DNA from: a phage
Strand: one strand, 5' to 3'
DNA: 64,000 nucleotides
Sequence record: QB031382.1
The notes under the pieces were generated by a model. That model worked only from the letters and a program-made list of their open reading frames with translations. It was not told the DNA's origin and searched no databases. The position numbers and the translations under genes were made by a program. Within the stretch, counting starts at the first letter, position 1. Each line of letters begins with the position of its first letter. This document shows, piece after piece, positions 10,717 through 20,102 of the stretch.

Positions 10717-10971
10717 ATGAAAATTACTTTGAAGCCAGAATGCGTTGCAAATGACCGAGCTTTTAAAGATTGCACAGTCGGTGCAATTTATGAAGCAGAG
10801 TTTTGTGAGAACCCTCTGGTAAAAGCCCTTCTGGAAGAAGGGGCCCCTTTATCACAAGAAGAGATTGATGAGCTGGAAAACTCAGCACAGTGCCTTACCT
10901 TTAAAGATGACGAAGGAGACTCTGTCTGGTGCACTGTTAATGAAGTAGTTTTTGTAAAACCTGAACATTAA
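10717..10971 (+). CDS. hypothetical protein (KDDxG paralogue family)
   Basis: SD GAGGAG upstream; motif TFKDDEGDSVW. Confidence 0.55.
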   Translation: MKITLKPECVANDRAFKDCTVGAIYEAEFCENPLVKALLEEGAPLSQEEIDELENSAQCLTFKDDEGDSVWCTVNEVVFVKPEH

Positions 10972-10974
10972 TAC

Positions 10975-11003
10975 TTGACAACAGTGATGTGGCCTAATAT
11001 AAT
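10975..11003 (+). promoter_or_regulatory. sigma70-like promoter
   Basis: TTGACA, 17-bp spacer, TATAAT. Confidence 0.5.
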
Positions 11004-11034
11004 GGCCCTATCGAAACGGAAGGGGATCACAGCA

Positions 11035-11307
11035 ATGACCAAACAATATCAACGAATTAAAGCCAAGGTTAAGCCAGACTACTTGGAGAAGGACTCTGCT
11101 TTTCGGGACTGCACCGCAGACAAAGTTTACACAGGGGCCGTCCTGTTGAACGACGAATTTGAAGTGGATGTGCTGGGTAAAGAGGCTACTATCAAGGACG
11201 ACCAGGGAGATTATGTTTGCTGCACCACACGCGAGCTAGAAATCTTAGAATACTTCGGTGAAATCTTCACCTCTCTTGATGATTACTTAGATGATGAGGC
11301 AGAGTGA
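11035..11307 (+). CDS. hypothetical protein (KDDxG paralogue family)
   Basis: Start moved to ATG after SD GGAAGGGG; paralogue of 10717-10971. Confidence 0.5.
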   Translation: MTKQYQRIKAKVKPDYLEKDSAFRDCTADKVYTGAVLLNDEFEVDVLGKEATIKDDQGDYVCCTTRELEILEYFGEIFTSLDDYLDDEAE

Positions 11308-11708
11308 TGAAAAACATTTGGGATATCAATATCTTTGAAGCCTCTGAGCTTGACGGTGCCGATGGGGTTATTATAGTTTCTGATGGAAAGGCAACACTGA
11401 CCTCTGGACTGACCTATGAGGACACTACCTACGCATTGGGCGATCTTGCCTTGTTGAAATCAACAGGCGACTCTCTGGAAGAACGTCTGCAAGGATTTGC
11501 CTTTAAAGAAGGCACAAACACCACACTGATGTGCACTACACGCACTGTTCAGTTGGGCAACGGGGTATATATGGTCATTGCAGTGTGCCCCAAATTCAGC
11601 AACATTAATAAAGATGATGCTGACGCTGTCAACGACGTGGTTGTCCTATTCGTGGGTGACGCTATGGCAGATCTGATGAATGCAGGAGAAGCAGCAAATG
11701 AAGACTGA
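11304..11708 (+). CDS. hypothetical protein
   Basis: ATGA overlap with upstream ORF. Confidence 0.5.
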   Translation: MMKNIWDINIFEASELDGADGVIIVSDGKATLTSGLTYEDTTYALGDLALLKSTGDSLEERLQGFAFKEGTNTTLMCTTRTVQLGNGVYMVIAVCPKFSNINKDDADAVNDVVVLFVGDAMADLMNAGEAANED

Positions 11709-12000
11709 AAACATTACACCAGAAGGATTCCTGAAAGTATACCGTGAACTATTGTATACCACAGAGGATAGTGTTCTAGAGTACCCAGAATATCTTTTGC
11801 TGTATAAGTATCTGCAGGAAGCTGGTGAAAATCTTCCAATTAGCGCAGAAGGTGGTCCAAACTGGGTCTACAGTGCATGGAGAAAGGTTGACATTCTCCC
11901 AGATCCCGGTAAAGATATGGTAGTTTGGCAGCTTATCAACAACATCGGGATTCCAATCTTTGATGAAGCTGTTAAAATCTATTTTGAACTTGACGATTAA
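11698..12000 (+). CDS. hypothetical protein
   Basis: ATG after SD GCAGGAGAAG. Confidence 0.45.
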   Translation: MKTENITPEGFLKVYRELLYTTEDSVLEYPEYLLLYKYLQEAGENLPISAEGGPNWVYSAWRKVDILPDPGKDMVVWQLINNIGIPIFDEAVKIYFELDD

Positions 12001-12017
12001 TATCAGGAGACCTTAAG

Positions 12018-12263
12018 ATGGCTGAAGTAGTTGCTCGTGCAGGACAGAAAGTGCGTTGTGTTGAAGTGGGTTTTGGTGGCAAAGGGTGTCAAAACTTGAC
12101 TCAAGGTAAGGAATACACTGTTGTTTCTGGCGGTGGTGACGAAAGTATTGTGTTCGATGACCATATTCTGGATGTTGAAAACTTTGAAATAATTGATGAT
12201 GATGGTGATCCGATCACCTGCCTGCTGAACGGGAGTTGGGGTACTTTCGAAGTAATTGGCTAA
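12018..12263 (+). CDS. hypothetical protein
   Basis: SD CAGGAGA upstream. Confidence 0.5.
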   Translation: MAEVVARAGQKVRCVEVGFGGKGCQNLTQGKEYTVVSGGGDESIVFDDHILDVENFEIIDDDGDPITCLLNGSWGTFEVIG

Positions 12264-12300
12264 CAAATATCTGTTGTAATTTACAGAAGGAGATGCTAAA

Positions 12301-12711
12301 ATGGTGTCTCCTTTATGTTGTTCAAATAAAATCGGAGATTCCATAATGGAACAAATGAACGATCAAGCGTCGGTTGCGATGAACGAGCAAGAACAACCTC
12401 AAGAATTTTTCTTAGGGTTAAGCAAAGATCAGGTGTCTCTCCTGCTAGTGCTCTCTTCTTTCATGGGGAGACTTCAGGAGCTCACACAACAACCAGAGGC
12501 TGAACAATTATTTCAGGCTCTGCGCGAAGAAGAAAAATATCGTCGTTTGGATTATGCCTTAGGTTGGGTAGCTCAGCAACGAGATATGCTAATGGCCCTT
12601 TCTGGGACGACAAGTTTTGCAATGGGCCTGTTGGCTCAAGTGCAGGACAAATTAATTCAAGCAGGGTTTGCACACACAGCAAACACCAACGAAGAACAAG
12701 GAGACAAATAA
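12301..12711 (+). CDS. hypothetical protein
   Basis: SD GAAGGAGA upstream. Confidence 0.5.
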   Translation: MVSPLCCSNKIGDSIMEQMNDQASVAMNEQEQPQEFFLGLSKDQVSLLLVLSSFMGRLQELTQQPEAEQLFQALREEEKYRRLDYALGWVAQQRDMLMALSGTTSFAMGLLAQVQDKLIQAGFAHTANTNEEQGDK

Positions 12712-13937
12712 TGAGCGTTATTCAACAATTTGCCAACCCGATGAATCCGCGTGAAACTGTTTTACTGGCTCACGGCATGATTAAACGTGTCAGCATCAAA
12801 CCTATCAAAGGTGCTGATCCTACAACAGGTATTAAAACCACTGTGTGGCAAGGTAAGAAAATCGAGTCCAGTCACACCATCTCTTTACTGATTTCTGAAC
12901 TGGATTCTTCTGATAACCTACTTCAAGGTGGTGAAGAAGTTTGGATCAGTATGGGTGATAAATTGCTCAAACCTGGTCATCAAGATTCCGTCTCTGTTAA
13001 AATTGATGACAAGTGGGAAACAGTAACGCCAGGATGGATCGTAAATATCCCTTTAAAGGCAAATGAGCATAACGGTAAGACCTACTACAAAGGCTCATTG
13101 GCTAAAATGGTTAAGCTGGGGGCAGGAGAGGCTCCAGCAGCTCCACAGCAACAAAAACAGCAACAAGGCACACAATCACAAGGCCAGAAGCAGAAACCTC
13201 AGCAGAATGCCAATCAGGACGTTTTACGCATCTATGGTGATGTGACTCAGATTGTTGGTAACGTGGTTACTGTCAATGACCACAAGATTGGCGAAGGTGC
13301 TATGGTTGTCTCCGATGAGCAGCTTAAAGACCTGGTGGTTGGCGGTCGTGTTGCAGCTATTGTTGACAAAGACACCGGGAATATTATCAGCGGCTTCAAG
13401 GCCTACCCGCCTAAAGCAGAGAACGGTACACAAGGTTCTGGTGGTAAGCGTAAATCCTCTTACGACCCCATTGGTGTAGAGACAGGGCACAGTATCAATG
13501 CGTTGCAGATCATTCTGGATCGCGGGTTTAAGATTGACAGCCCTTTAGATGTGGCTAAAACATTGCACGTGGTCACCATCGAGCTTAAGAAAGAGTACGC
13601 TCAAGCCACCAACCGGACTGAAGATGAAGTAGGTGCCAGTGTTGGTAACGCGGTATTGAATGCTTGTCGCCGTATTGACAAGAAAACGAAAGTTGATGAT
13701 TTTGCAGCAGCAATTACTGCAGAGGCAAAAGATGTCTTGACTAATCTTGCTGAACCGTTGTACGATTGGATCAAGAATGGTGCGGGGACTACTGAGCATC
13801 AAGAACCTCAAGCTGCCAAACAGGAAGCCACTCCACAGCAAAACACTGTAGATGCCCCTCCTGTAGATGATGACGGAGATGACCCGATGGATCAGAATCC
13901 GGCACAATACGCCTTTGATGATGACATTCCTTTTTAA
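12711..13937 (+). CDS. ssb: single-stranded DNA-binding protein
   Basis: Q/G-rich linker and acidic C-terminal tail AFDDDIPF as in bacterial SSB; start overlaps upstream stop. Confidence 0.7.
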   Translation: MSVIQQFANPMNPRETVLLAHGMIKRVSIKPIKGADPTTGIKTTVWQGKKIESSHTISLLISELDSSDNLLQGGEEVWISMGDKLLKPGHQDSVSVKIDDKWETVTPGWIVNIPLKANEHNGKTYYKGSLAKMVKLGAGEAPAAPQQQKQQQGTQSQGQKQKPQQNANQDVLRIYGDVTQIVGNVVTVNDHKIGEGAMVVSDEQLKDLVVGGRVAAIVDKDTGNIISGFKAYPPKAENGTQGSGGKRKSSYDPIGVETGHSINALQIILDRGFKIDSPLDVAKTLHVVTIELKKEYAQATNRTEDEVGASVGNAVLNACRRIDKKTKVDDFAAAITAEAKDVLTNLAEPLYDWIKNGAGTTEHQEPQAAKQEATPQQNTVDAPPVDDDGDDPMDQNPAQYAFDDDIPF

Positions 13938-13951
13938 CATCTAGTTAACAT

Positions 13952-13980
13952 AGCCCTGCCCGAAAGGGTGGGGCATTTTT
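13952..13980 (+). terminator. intrinsic terminator
   Basis: Hairpin GCCCTGCCC-GAAA-GGGTGGGGC followed by ATTTTT. Confidence 0.65.
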
Positions 13981-13999
13981 GTATAAGGAGATCTGAAAA

Positions 14000-14416
14000 A
14001 TGACATTAGAAGATATCATTGTTAAACCTGAGAACTATGACCAATACAATCTATCAACTCAATCTGTGGACCTTGGATGCGCCACTGCCAGTGCGTGGCT
14101 GGTTAACGGAAAAGAGCTGGATAAATGCTTAGAAGCTCACATGTCTATTAACAAGTTTCTGGATGAAAATACTCACTGGCTTGAGGGTGCAGGCGTATAT
14201 GCTTCATGGTTGGAGAGTATGGGATTCGACTACCAATCTGAAGAGGGGTGGTGGAGCTATTTAGCTATCTGTCCAGAGACGCTACAATGCTTCATGAAAT
14301 ATTCTGAAGATTTGGAGTACCGGGCGATGGTTGATAGTGCTATTGCCCGTTATAGCCGTAAACCTTTTTCCCACGACATTAAAACTGTGGAAGAATTTGT
14401 TGAAGTTTTCTGTTGA
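14000..14416 (+). CDS. hypothetical protein
   Basis: SD AAGGAGA upstream. Confidence 0.5.
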   Translation: MTLEDIIVKPENYDQYNLSTQSVDLGCATASAWLVNGKELDKCLEAHMSINKFLDENTHWLEGAGVYASWLESMGFDYQSEEGWWSYLAICPETLQCFMKYSEDLEYRAMVDSAIARYSRKPFSHDIKTVEEFVEVFC

Positions 14417-14512
14417 CACAGATTGAAAGGTGTGCAATTATAACTTCATAGAACGGGAGGACGTGATGAACGAAGAAAACTGGGATGTATAACTAACAGG
14501 AGGCCACTGCCC

Positions 14513-14710
14513 ATGATTTATCGAATCCGTGTAAGAGAAGATGCACCAGGCTGTTACTTTGACTGGCGTGGGTGGTGGTTTCTCCACCCGATGGATGGAC
14601 TCACAGATAGAATGCTGGATGCTGCCCTTTATACAGATACCGACATAGAATATAATCTCTATCTGAAGGACGGTATAGATAACGGTCTATTTGAAGCAAT
14701 TCCTGTGTAA
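14513..14710 (+). CDS. hypothetical protein
   Basis: SD CAGGAGG upstream. Confidence 0.45.
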   Translation: MIYRIRVREDAPGCYFDWRGWWFLHPMDGLTDRMLDAALYTDTDIEYNLYLKDGIDNGLFEAIPV

Positions 14711-14778
14711 GAGGATGTGATAGCCATGTTTTATGATCTTCCTATAGCGCCACCACCTGTTGAACCCGGAGAACTAAG

Positions 14779-15204
14779 ATGACCTATGAAATGCCAAAAC
14801 TGATTCGTGACGATGCCCAAAACGCTCACACCATTATTATGGGCAAACGCATGGATATTATTTGTCATAAAGATTTCTGGGAAGGAAGTTACTTCACAGA
14901 GTATTTTGGTAAACTGGACAATGGTCTGCTGATCCAGTTCTACACCGATGCGGAAAACAACATTCACTGGGAGTTCGAAACTGAAGATATCCATAAACTT
15001 TTCACCTTCCTCGGTATTAAGGTTGAGGCCAAGTTTGAAGAAGGTGAGTGCGACGATTGTGGATTCTACGAGGTAACAGATTTCTATCTTCCGAGTGGTG
15101 AGAACCTTTACTATGAAAGCCACTTCGGTAACTCCAATATGCCACAGTGCTGGACTGAGTTTTTTGAAATTGTGGAAGAGGAGTTGGCATATCGTGATTA
15201 TTGA
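14779..15204 (+). CDS. hypothetical protein
   Basis: 141 aa ORF with GGAGAA upstream. Confidence 0.5.
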   Translation: MTYEMPKLIRDDAQNAHTIIMGKRMDIICHKDFWEGSYFTEYFGKLDNGLLIQFYTDAENNIHWEFETEDIHKLFTFLGIKVEAKFEEGECDDCGFYEVTDFYLPSGENLYYESHFGNSNMPQCWTEFFEIVEEELAYRDY

Positions 15205-15652
15205 TACTGTAGAGGGAGATTTAATCTCCCTTTTTAAGAGTGGTGCTGGTCACCTGATCCACGGTTGTAACTGCTTCCACACAATGGGCAAGGGTGTAGC
15301 AAAACAGATTGCCCGTGAGTTCCCTCAAGCATTGGCAGCTGACAAAACGACTACCTACGGTTGCCTAAGTAAGCTAGGTGCGTTCTCTCGGTGGGAGCAC
15401 TTATCTCCGAAAGGTATTGTCTACGGAATCAATCTATACACTCAGTTCTACCCAGGGCCTAATGCTGAATATTTCTCAATTCTGAAAGGCTTTGAACGAG
15501 TCAATGAGATATTCAAGGGATCTACTTTACCATTCTACATCCCTAAGATTGGGTGCGGCATAGGCGGCTTGAAATGGGGACACGTAGAGGACGTTATTAA
15601 CCTTGCCACTTTTGATATAGATATTATCGTGGTGGAGTACAAAGAGTGTTGA
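15194..15652 (+). CDS. macro-domain (ADP-ribose binding/processing) protein, divergent
   Basis: VEGDLISL, GHLIHGCNC, MGKGVAKQIA and IPKIGCGIGG align with macro-domain motifs GDIT, VNAAN, GGGVDGAI and ISTGIYG; GTG start assumed. Confidence 0.5.
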   Translation: MIIDTVEGDLISLFKSGAGHLIHGCNCFHTMGKGVAKQIAREFPQALAADKTTTYGCLSKLGAFSRWEHLSPKGIVYGINLYTQFYPGPNAEYFSILKGFERVNEIFKGSTLPFYIPKIGCGIGGLKWGHVEDVINLATFDIDIIVVEYKEC

Positions 15653-15677
15653 CAGCCGGATTTTAAGGTGGTATAGT
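15649..15677 (+). promoter_or_regulatory. sigma70-like promoter
   Basis: TTGACA, 17-bp spacer, TATAGT. Confidence 0.5.
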
Positions 15678-15705
15678 CACCACAACGATTAAGACAGGGG
15701 GCACT

Positions 15706-15906
15706 ATGGAGACTAAAATCTTAATTCTAGCTGTGATAGATACAACAGAAGGGGCTATATTTGAATCTGCAGGAGGGTATTTCTACCTGCCCTATGGAAA
15801 AAGAACTTCCGAGCCGAGTAAAGATTCAATCCTCAAAGTGTTCCCGTGTTCTTTCTGGCTGGAGATTCTGGTAGAGGATTGCAAAGGATTGGAGAGACAA
15901 TTATGA
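15706..15906 (+). CDS. hypothetical protein
   Basis: SD upstream; 66 aa. Confidence 0.45.
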   Translation: METKILILAVIDTTEGAIFESAGGYFYLPYGKRTSEPSKDSILKVFPCSFWLEILVEDCKGLERQL

Positions 15907-16097
15907 GAAACAAGAAAGAGCTTTACTCTGGTGAGTGGATCAACGATCAACAGATCGGAGAGGTAACCTGCTTCCGATGTTTTACCAGGTACAATATTAA
16001 AACTGCACCAAAAAGTGTTCCAAAGACTGACGGTTATTACATAAAAGAACCTCATTGCCCAAAATGTAAATGCCGATTGTACTGGAGCAATCTGTAA
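15903..16097 (+). CDS. small zinc-ribbon protein
   Basis: ATGA overlap; two Cys pairs CFRC and CPKC; SD GGAGAG. Confidence 0.45.
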   Translation: MRNKKELYSGEWINDQQIGEVTCFRCFTRYNIKTAPKSVPKTDGYYIKEPHCPKCKCRLYWSNL

Positions 16098-16101
16098 GAG
16101 G

Positions 16102-16129
16102 TTGACATCTGAAAACTGCAGTGTATAAT
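16102..16129 (+). promoter_or_regulatory. sigma70-like promoter
   Basis: TTGACA, 16-bp spacer, TATAAT. Confidence 0.55.
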
Positions 16130-16160
16130 ATACTCATAAACTAACAGAGAGCGATGTATT

Positions 16161-16352
16161 ATGGTAATTTTTAACCGGGATGGTATCATAGTTAGACAGC
16201 ACCCGTTCCTTGAATACTATCAAATTGAGCAATGGTGCTACGGGGATTGCAGTCACTCCTATGGGCAAAGTTGGGGATATCGCACAGTTTTTGAATCAAC
16301 AGACCTTGACAAAGTAAGACAGAAAGTTTTAGAACTTATTAACAACAAGTGA
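16161..16352 (+). CDS. hypothetical protein
   Basis: Tool ORF downstream of promoter. Confidence 0.45.
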   Translation: MVIFNRDGIIVRQHPFLEYYQIEQWCYGDCSHSYGQSWGYRTVFESTDLDKVRQKVLELINNK

Positions 16353-16359
16353 GTATGAT

Positions 16360-16692
16360 ATGGTAACATTAGAAAGACGTAAAGCTATTGCCGCTACACT
16401 GGCAGACATCTTTTGGGATTGTAATTTAAAAGATACCCGATATTGCGGCGCATCTGTAGATGTATTATTCCCACGGCCCACCATTGTTGCAATGGGCAGT
16501 CTACTGGGCGTAGTTGCAGGTGCATGGGATAAGGAAGGCGGTTTTTATATCTGGCAACCTGACTACGGTACCTGGAAAGAAGTAAGGGGTGCTGATGACT
16601 TTGGGCCTGCAGTTGCTAAGATGGATGGCTGGGAAATTTATGTTGGAAACGACATGAAGCTGAAAGGCGAGATTGTTTACTGGTTACCTTAA
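16360..16692 (+). CDS. hypothetical protein
   Basis: Tool ORF in same-strand array. Confidence 0.45.
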   Translation: MVTLERRKAIAATLADIFWDCNLKDTRYCGASVDVLFPRPTIVAMGSLLGVVAGAWDKEGGFYIWQPDYGTWKEVRGADDFGPAVAKMDGWEIYVGNDMKLKGEIVYWLP

Positions 16693-16712
16693 GAAAGTGC
16701 AGGAGATAAAGT

Positions 16713-16958
16713 ATGAACAAAGGGTGGACATTCGTAGACGGCGTTGAAAACATGCCTCTCGGAAAGTATATCGTAGCCATGGCTGACAAGAATGGCAATG
16801 TAGATTTCGGAGCTTGCGAGGTTGTTCTTGCAGGATCTGGTGGCTATGTGCACAAAACTGGGGTAATTAATGGTCAGTTCTACTTTGATCACAACCCTGT
16901 TGTAGCGTATATGGCTATGCCAGAGTTCAAGCTACCAAAGGAAGGTGCTGATGTTTAA
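16713..16958 (+). CDS. hypothetical protein
   Basis: SD CAGGAGA upstream. Confidence 0.5.
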   Translation: MNKGWTFVDGVENMPLGKYIVAMADKNGNVDFGACEVVLAGSGGYVHKTGVINGQFYFDHNPVVAYMAMPEFKLPKEGADV

Positions 16959-17184
16959 GCTTAAATCTGCATGGAACATTGCTGTAGGCGATGAGATCCG
17001 CATTCCGGGTGGGAAGACCGTTATGAAGATATCCCGTATTGAATACGAAGGTGACCGTGTATTCCATATTTTTGCAGAAGATGGTCGAGAAATTTATATA
17101 CAGGCGGGCTCACACATCTATATTCGTAAAGGGGATGACAAACGACAGAGATCATCATTTCAACTGCAGGGTATGTATTCCTGA
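16951..17184 (+). CDS. hypothetical protein
   Basis: ATG after AAGGAAGG; overlaps upstream stop. Confidence 0.45.
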   Translation: MFKLKSAWNIAVGDEIRIPGGKTVMKISRIEYEGDRVFHIFAEDGREIYIQAGSHIYIRKGDDKRQRSSFQLQGMYS

Positions 17185-17479
17185 CAATCATTGCGCTGAT
17201 CATCTTGGTGGTGGTGTATGGATTTGTTATCCTGCCTATTCTTGAGACATTTAGTTTGTGTCGGTGTTGGAGAAAGGCTTACGGACCACAGCCGTGGAAA
17301 GACTGGCCTCATCTGTTACGCATAGCGTTCTCCTATGCCTATGATCACTCCAGCAGTGCATGCATAACTGGGTATCACGCCCACAACTGGAACTGGGAAG
17401 GGTTGGGGAGATGGAATGTTATAAAAACTATACCTCTACGCATGTACAAGCCTAAAAACAAAGATAGTTGATACTTGAA

Positions 17480-18060
17480 AATCCCTGGCACATCAAACAT
17501 AAGGAGGATTTCTAAAATGGATTTCCTCCTTTTGATATTTTACCTGGCCGGATATTTTAAAATTCTTAGAAAATCAGAAAATGGATCGAAAACTAAAATG
17601 GATTTTTTCAAGACAGGCACGATAAGCTGTGCTAATCATCCTATCGTTCGCACCGTACTTCAAATCACCGTTCCAGATTTTCCGCACACACTCTCACCCT
17701 TCTACCAGAACTTTCCCAACTTACCTTCGGCCTTTTATGACAATAAGTTAATTATTATCAGTAAGTTTTGATACATCTCTCTCAGTACTCGATCTGTTTT
17801 TCATTTCAAAGATTGGATTTTCTGAAAATTTTTCTCGATAAATTTTTCGGTACTCGATCTGTTTTTCGTTTTCTGAATCGGATTTTCTTGAAATTGGTCC
17901 AGCACCAGATCTAAAATTTTTGGGAACGAAAGCGATTTTTCGTTTTCAGAAATGGATTTTTAAAATTTCTATATGGGAATATTTTATGAGGTATTATTTT
18001 ATATAGAATTGTCACGGTAGGTAATTAGCATGCTAACTAAATTTATGAAATGCGAAAAGT
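17480..18060. repeat. AT-rich non-coding region with iteron-like direct repeats
   Basis: TGGATTTT at least six times; GTACTCGATCTGTTTTTC twice, 65 bp apart. Confidence 0.5.
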
Positions 18061-18102
18061 TCTCATTTAGAATTTTGAATGATAATCATTCTCGTTTGCA
18101 GA

Positions 18103-18131
18103 ATAACGGGCACCCCCGGTGATTGTCTCCC
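18103..18131. repeat. GC-rich 29-nt element, left copy of inverted pair
   Basis: ATAACGGGCACCCCCGGTGATTGTCTCCC; exact reverse complement at 26211-26239; degenerate direct copy near 18240-18275. Confidence 0.6.
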
Positions 18132-18640
18132 GGCCCCTACTGCCCCGGCTTGCTATTATAGTATCACACAGGACAAAGAAAGCAAGGAGTTTTTGCATAA
18201 ATTTTTAGACGATAATGATAATCGTTCTCATTTCATGCAGCGCCCATCCCCGGTGGTTGTCTCCCCCGTCACCGGTGCCTGCCGTCCTTTCGATATGTAT
18301 ATTGTGCCACCTGGCGGGGCCGCTGTCAACACTTTTCAAAAATTTTTTTCTAACCTGATGCACTAACCGCTGCAACCTGGCGGGGCCAGCCTGGCAGGAC
18401 CTAACTGACCAGGTGGGCCTATGCTATAGGATAGGTAACAATTGAAGAGGAGGTACAAAAAATGGAAGGTAATATGATCCCCTGGAAAATGTAGCTATTA
18501 ATGACGCTGAGGCTATCGCCCTGGTTGAAAAGGCTATGGCGGGAGCGTTGGAACATAAAGAAGAGTACGAAAAAATTATGGTTAACCTGGCAGGGTCGGC
18601 GGCTGAGGAATTTTGCCCAAAAAATAATTTTAACTAGTGG

Positions 18641-18669
18641 TTGACAGCTCGGACAGTTTTTGCTATTCT
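18641..18669 (+). promoter_or_regulatory. sigma70-like promoter
   Basis: TTGACA, 17-bp spacer, TATTCT. Confidence 0.45.
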
Positions 18670-18721
18670 TATCCTCGCAAGGTGAACAACACCACACTAA
18701 TTAACAGAGAGGATAAAAATC

Positions 18722-18919
18722 ATGAACGCCTACGGAATCAAAGTACGTCGCAACACTCGCCAGGTGGTCACCAATCAAGTGATTTGCCGGGCGGATGTAA
18801 CCATCAACAACGGGCAAGGCCTTTATAAATTTCGTCGCGGTCATAGTTATACCCTGCAACAGCTTAATCGTTGCGCCCTGACAAAAGGCCAGATCAACCA
18901 CTGGTTTAATAAAAAATAA
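18722..18919 (+). CDS. hypothetical protein
   Basis: SD GAGAGGA upstream; promoter upstream. Confidence 0.5.
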   Translation: MNAYGIKVRRNTRQVVTNQVICRADVTINNGQGLYKFRRGHSYTLQQLNRCALTKGQINHWFNKK

Positions 18920-18922
18920 GTA

Positions 18923-18951
18923 TTGACATATAGCCTGACACAAAATACACT
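18923..18951 (+). promoter_or_regulatory. sigma70-like promoter
   Basis: TTGACA, 17-bp spacer, TACACT. Confidence 0.45.
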
Positions 18952-18983
18952 AAAAGCACAAAAGACACTAAGAGGATAAAATC

Positions 18984-19382
18984 ATGAAAACCACTACCTT
19001 TAATTTTGACAATGCGGACTTTTCTTTTTCTGATGTCAAGAACTGCCGCCGTGATCGTGGATTTTATAAGGCTTATAATCTGGTGGGCCTGGACGATGAC
19101 AATAATTTGCACGAAGTAGCTGAGATCCGGTATTATGCCGCCGCCAGTGGGAACACTCACTACTGCGTTTTTTGGATACACGACAACAAGAACAATAAGT
19201 ACGGCTATACTGGCGGCAAGGCGAGCGGTCACGGTTATGATAAAGCTAACGCAGCACTTGAGAGCGCATTAAATGCTATGGGGATCACTGCCGACGGCTG
19301 GATCTACGAAGAAGAGTTTTTGTCGGCACTTGCTGACCGCCTGGGATATAAAAAGCACATTGTAACATGTGCCCACGAATAA
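18984..19382 (+). CDS. hypothetical protein
   Basis: SD AAGAGGA upstream. Confidence 0.5.
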   Translation: MKTTTFNFDNADFSFSDVKNCRRDRGFYKAYNLVGLDDDNNLHEVAEIRYYAAASGNTHYCVFWIHDNKNNKYGYTGGKASGHGYDKANAALESALNAMGITADGWIYEEEFLSALADRLGYKKHIVTCAHE

Positions 19383-19393
19383 AAAAAAAATTA

Positions 19394-19421
19394 TTGACAC
19401 GCTGCAAAATTCAAGTAAACT
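19394..19421 (+). promoter_or_regulatory. sigma70-like promoter
   Basis: TTGACA, 16-bp spacer, TAAACT; A10 tract upstream. Confidence 0.45.
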
Positions 19422-19431
19422 AGACACAAAA

Positions 19432-19450
19432 GGCGGGAATGTTTCCCGCC
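19432..19450 (+). promoter_or_regulatory. 5' UTR stem-loop
   Basis: GGCGGGAA-TGT-TTCCCGCC between promoter and SD; related hairpins before ORFs 20154, 21997 and 22714. Confidence 0.5.
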
Positions 19451-19469
19451 AACACAAAGGAAAAAGATC

Positions 19470-19874
19470 ATGAATAAGAACGTACGCCGCATCATGAACG
19501 AGTTGGCAAACGATGAAAAAATTATTGACATGCATTTGATCAACATTTGCCGCCGTTGTGTAACATATAACAACCGCGCCGCAAAAGCGCGTGAGATGAA
19601 CGCAAAAGGCACCTTAAAGCCATTCCAGGTGGTGGTAAAGGCCATTAAAAATGTAACTAATACGGCAAACCAGGTACAGGGGAACACCAACGAGAGTACC
19701 AATATTGATCCGGCTTACATCATGAAACGGATCCGGACCTGTAAGAACAAAGAGCAAGTGTATAATGTTATAGACTGGTTGGATTCTATGGGCGACGTGG
19801 TGTACAATAGATTCTCGGCAGCTATTGAGATCCAGCTTGACAGGTTGGACGGTAAAGTACTGAAAACTTATTAA
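19470..19874 (+). CDS. hypothetical protein
   Basis: Promoter, 5' hairpin and SD upstream. Confidence 0.55.
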   Translation: MNKNVRRIMNELANDEKIIDMHLINICRRCVTYNNRAAKAREMNAKGTLKPFQVVVKAIKNVTNTANQVQGNTNESTNIDPAYIMKRIRTCKNKEQVYNVIDWLDSMGDVVYNRFSAAIEIQLDRLDGKVLKTY

Positions 19875-19885
19875 GTTTATTTTTA

Positions 19886-19909
19886 GATGGCCTTGACTCC
19901 AGGGCCATC
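19886..19909 (+). repeat. conserved 3' RNA hairpin element, copy 1
   Basis: GATGGCCTTG-ACTC-CAGGGCCATC between TTTATTTTTA and AATAAAGTAAAC. Confidence 0.55.
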
Positions 19910-20074
19910 AATAAAGTAAACTAGTCTCAACTAAGCGAAAAAGGGGGCTTTAAGATGAGCACTACACGCCAATACACAAAGGTAACTATTATCGTTTGCG
20001 TTGTCGGTTACATCCTGGCGCAAATGTTAATGAGTAGCGCCAACAGTTTTGCAAAATTTTTCTTAAATTTTTAA

Positions 20075-20102
20075 TTGACAAGCTAACCCAAATCAGTATA
20101 CT
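20075..20102 (+). promoter_or_regulatory. sigma70-like promoter
   Basis: TTGACA, 16-bp spacer, TATACT. Confidence 0.5.

Noticed and set aside
17475-17771. ORF 17475-17771 (98 aa) as a protein-coding gene
   Set aside because: It lies entirely within the iteron-rich AT-rich region; its translation is repetitive and driven by the direct repeats
18079-18366. ORFs 18079-18366 (plus) and 26102-26287 (minus) as a conserved protein pair sharing ITGTPGDCLP
   Set aside because: The shared peptide comes from the 29-nt inverted DNA repeat read in the same frame; the rest of both ORFs is dissimilar, GC-rich and without SD
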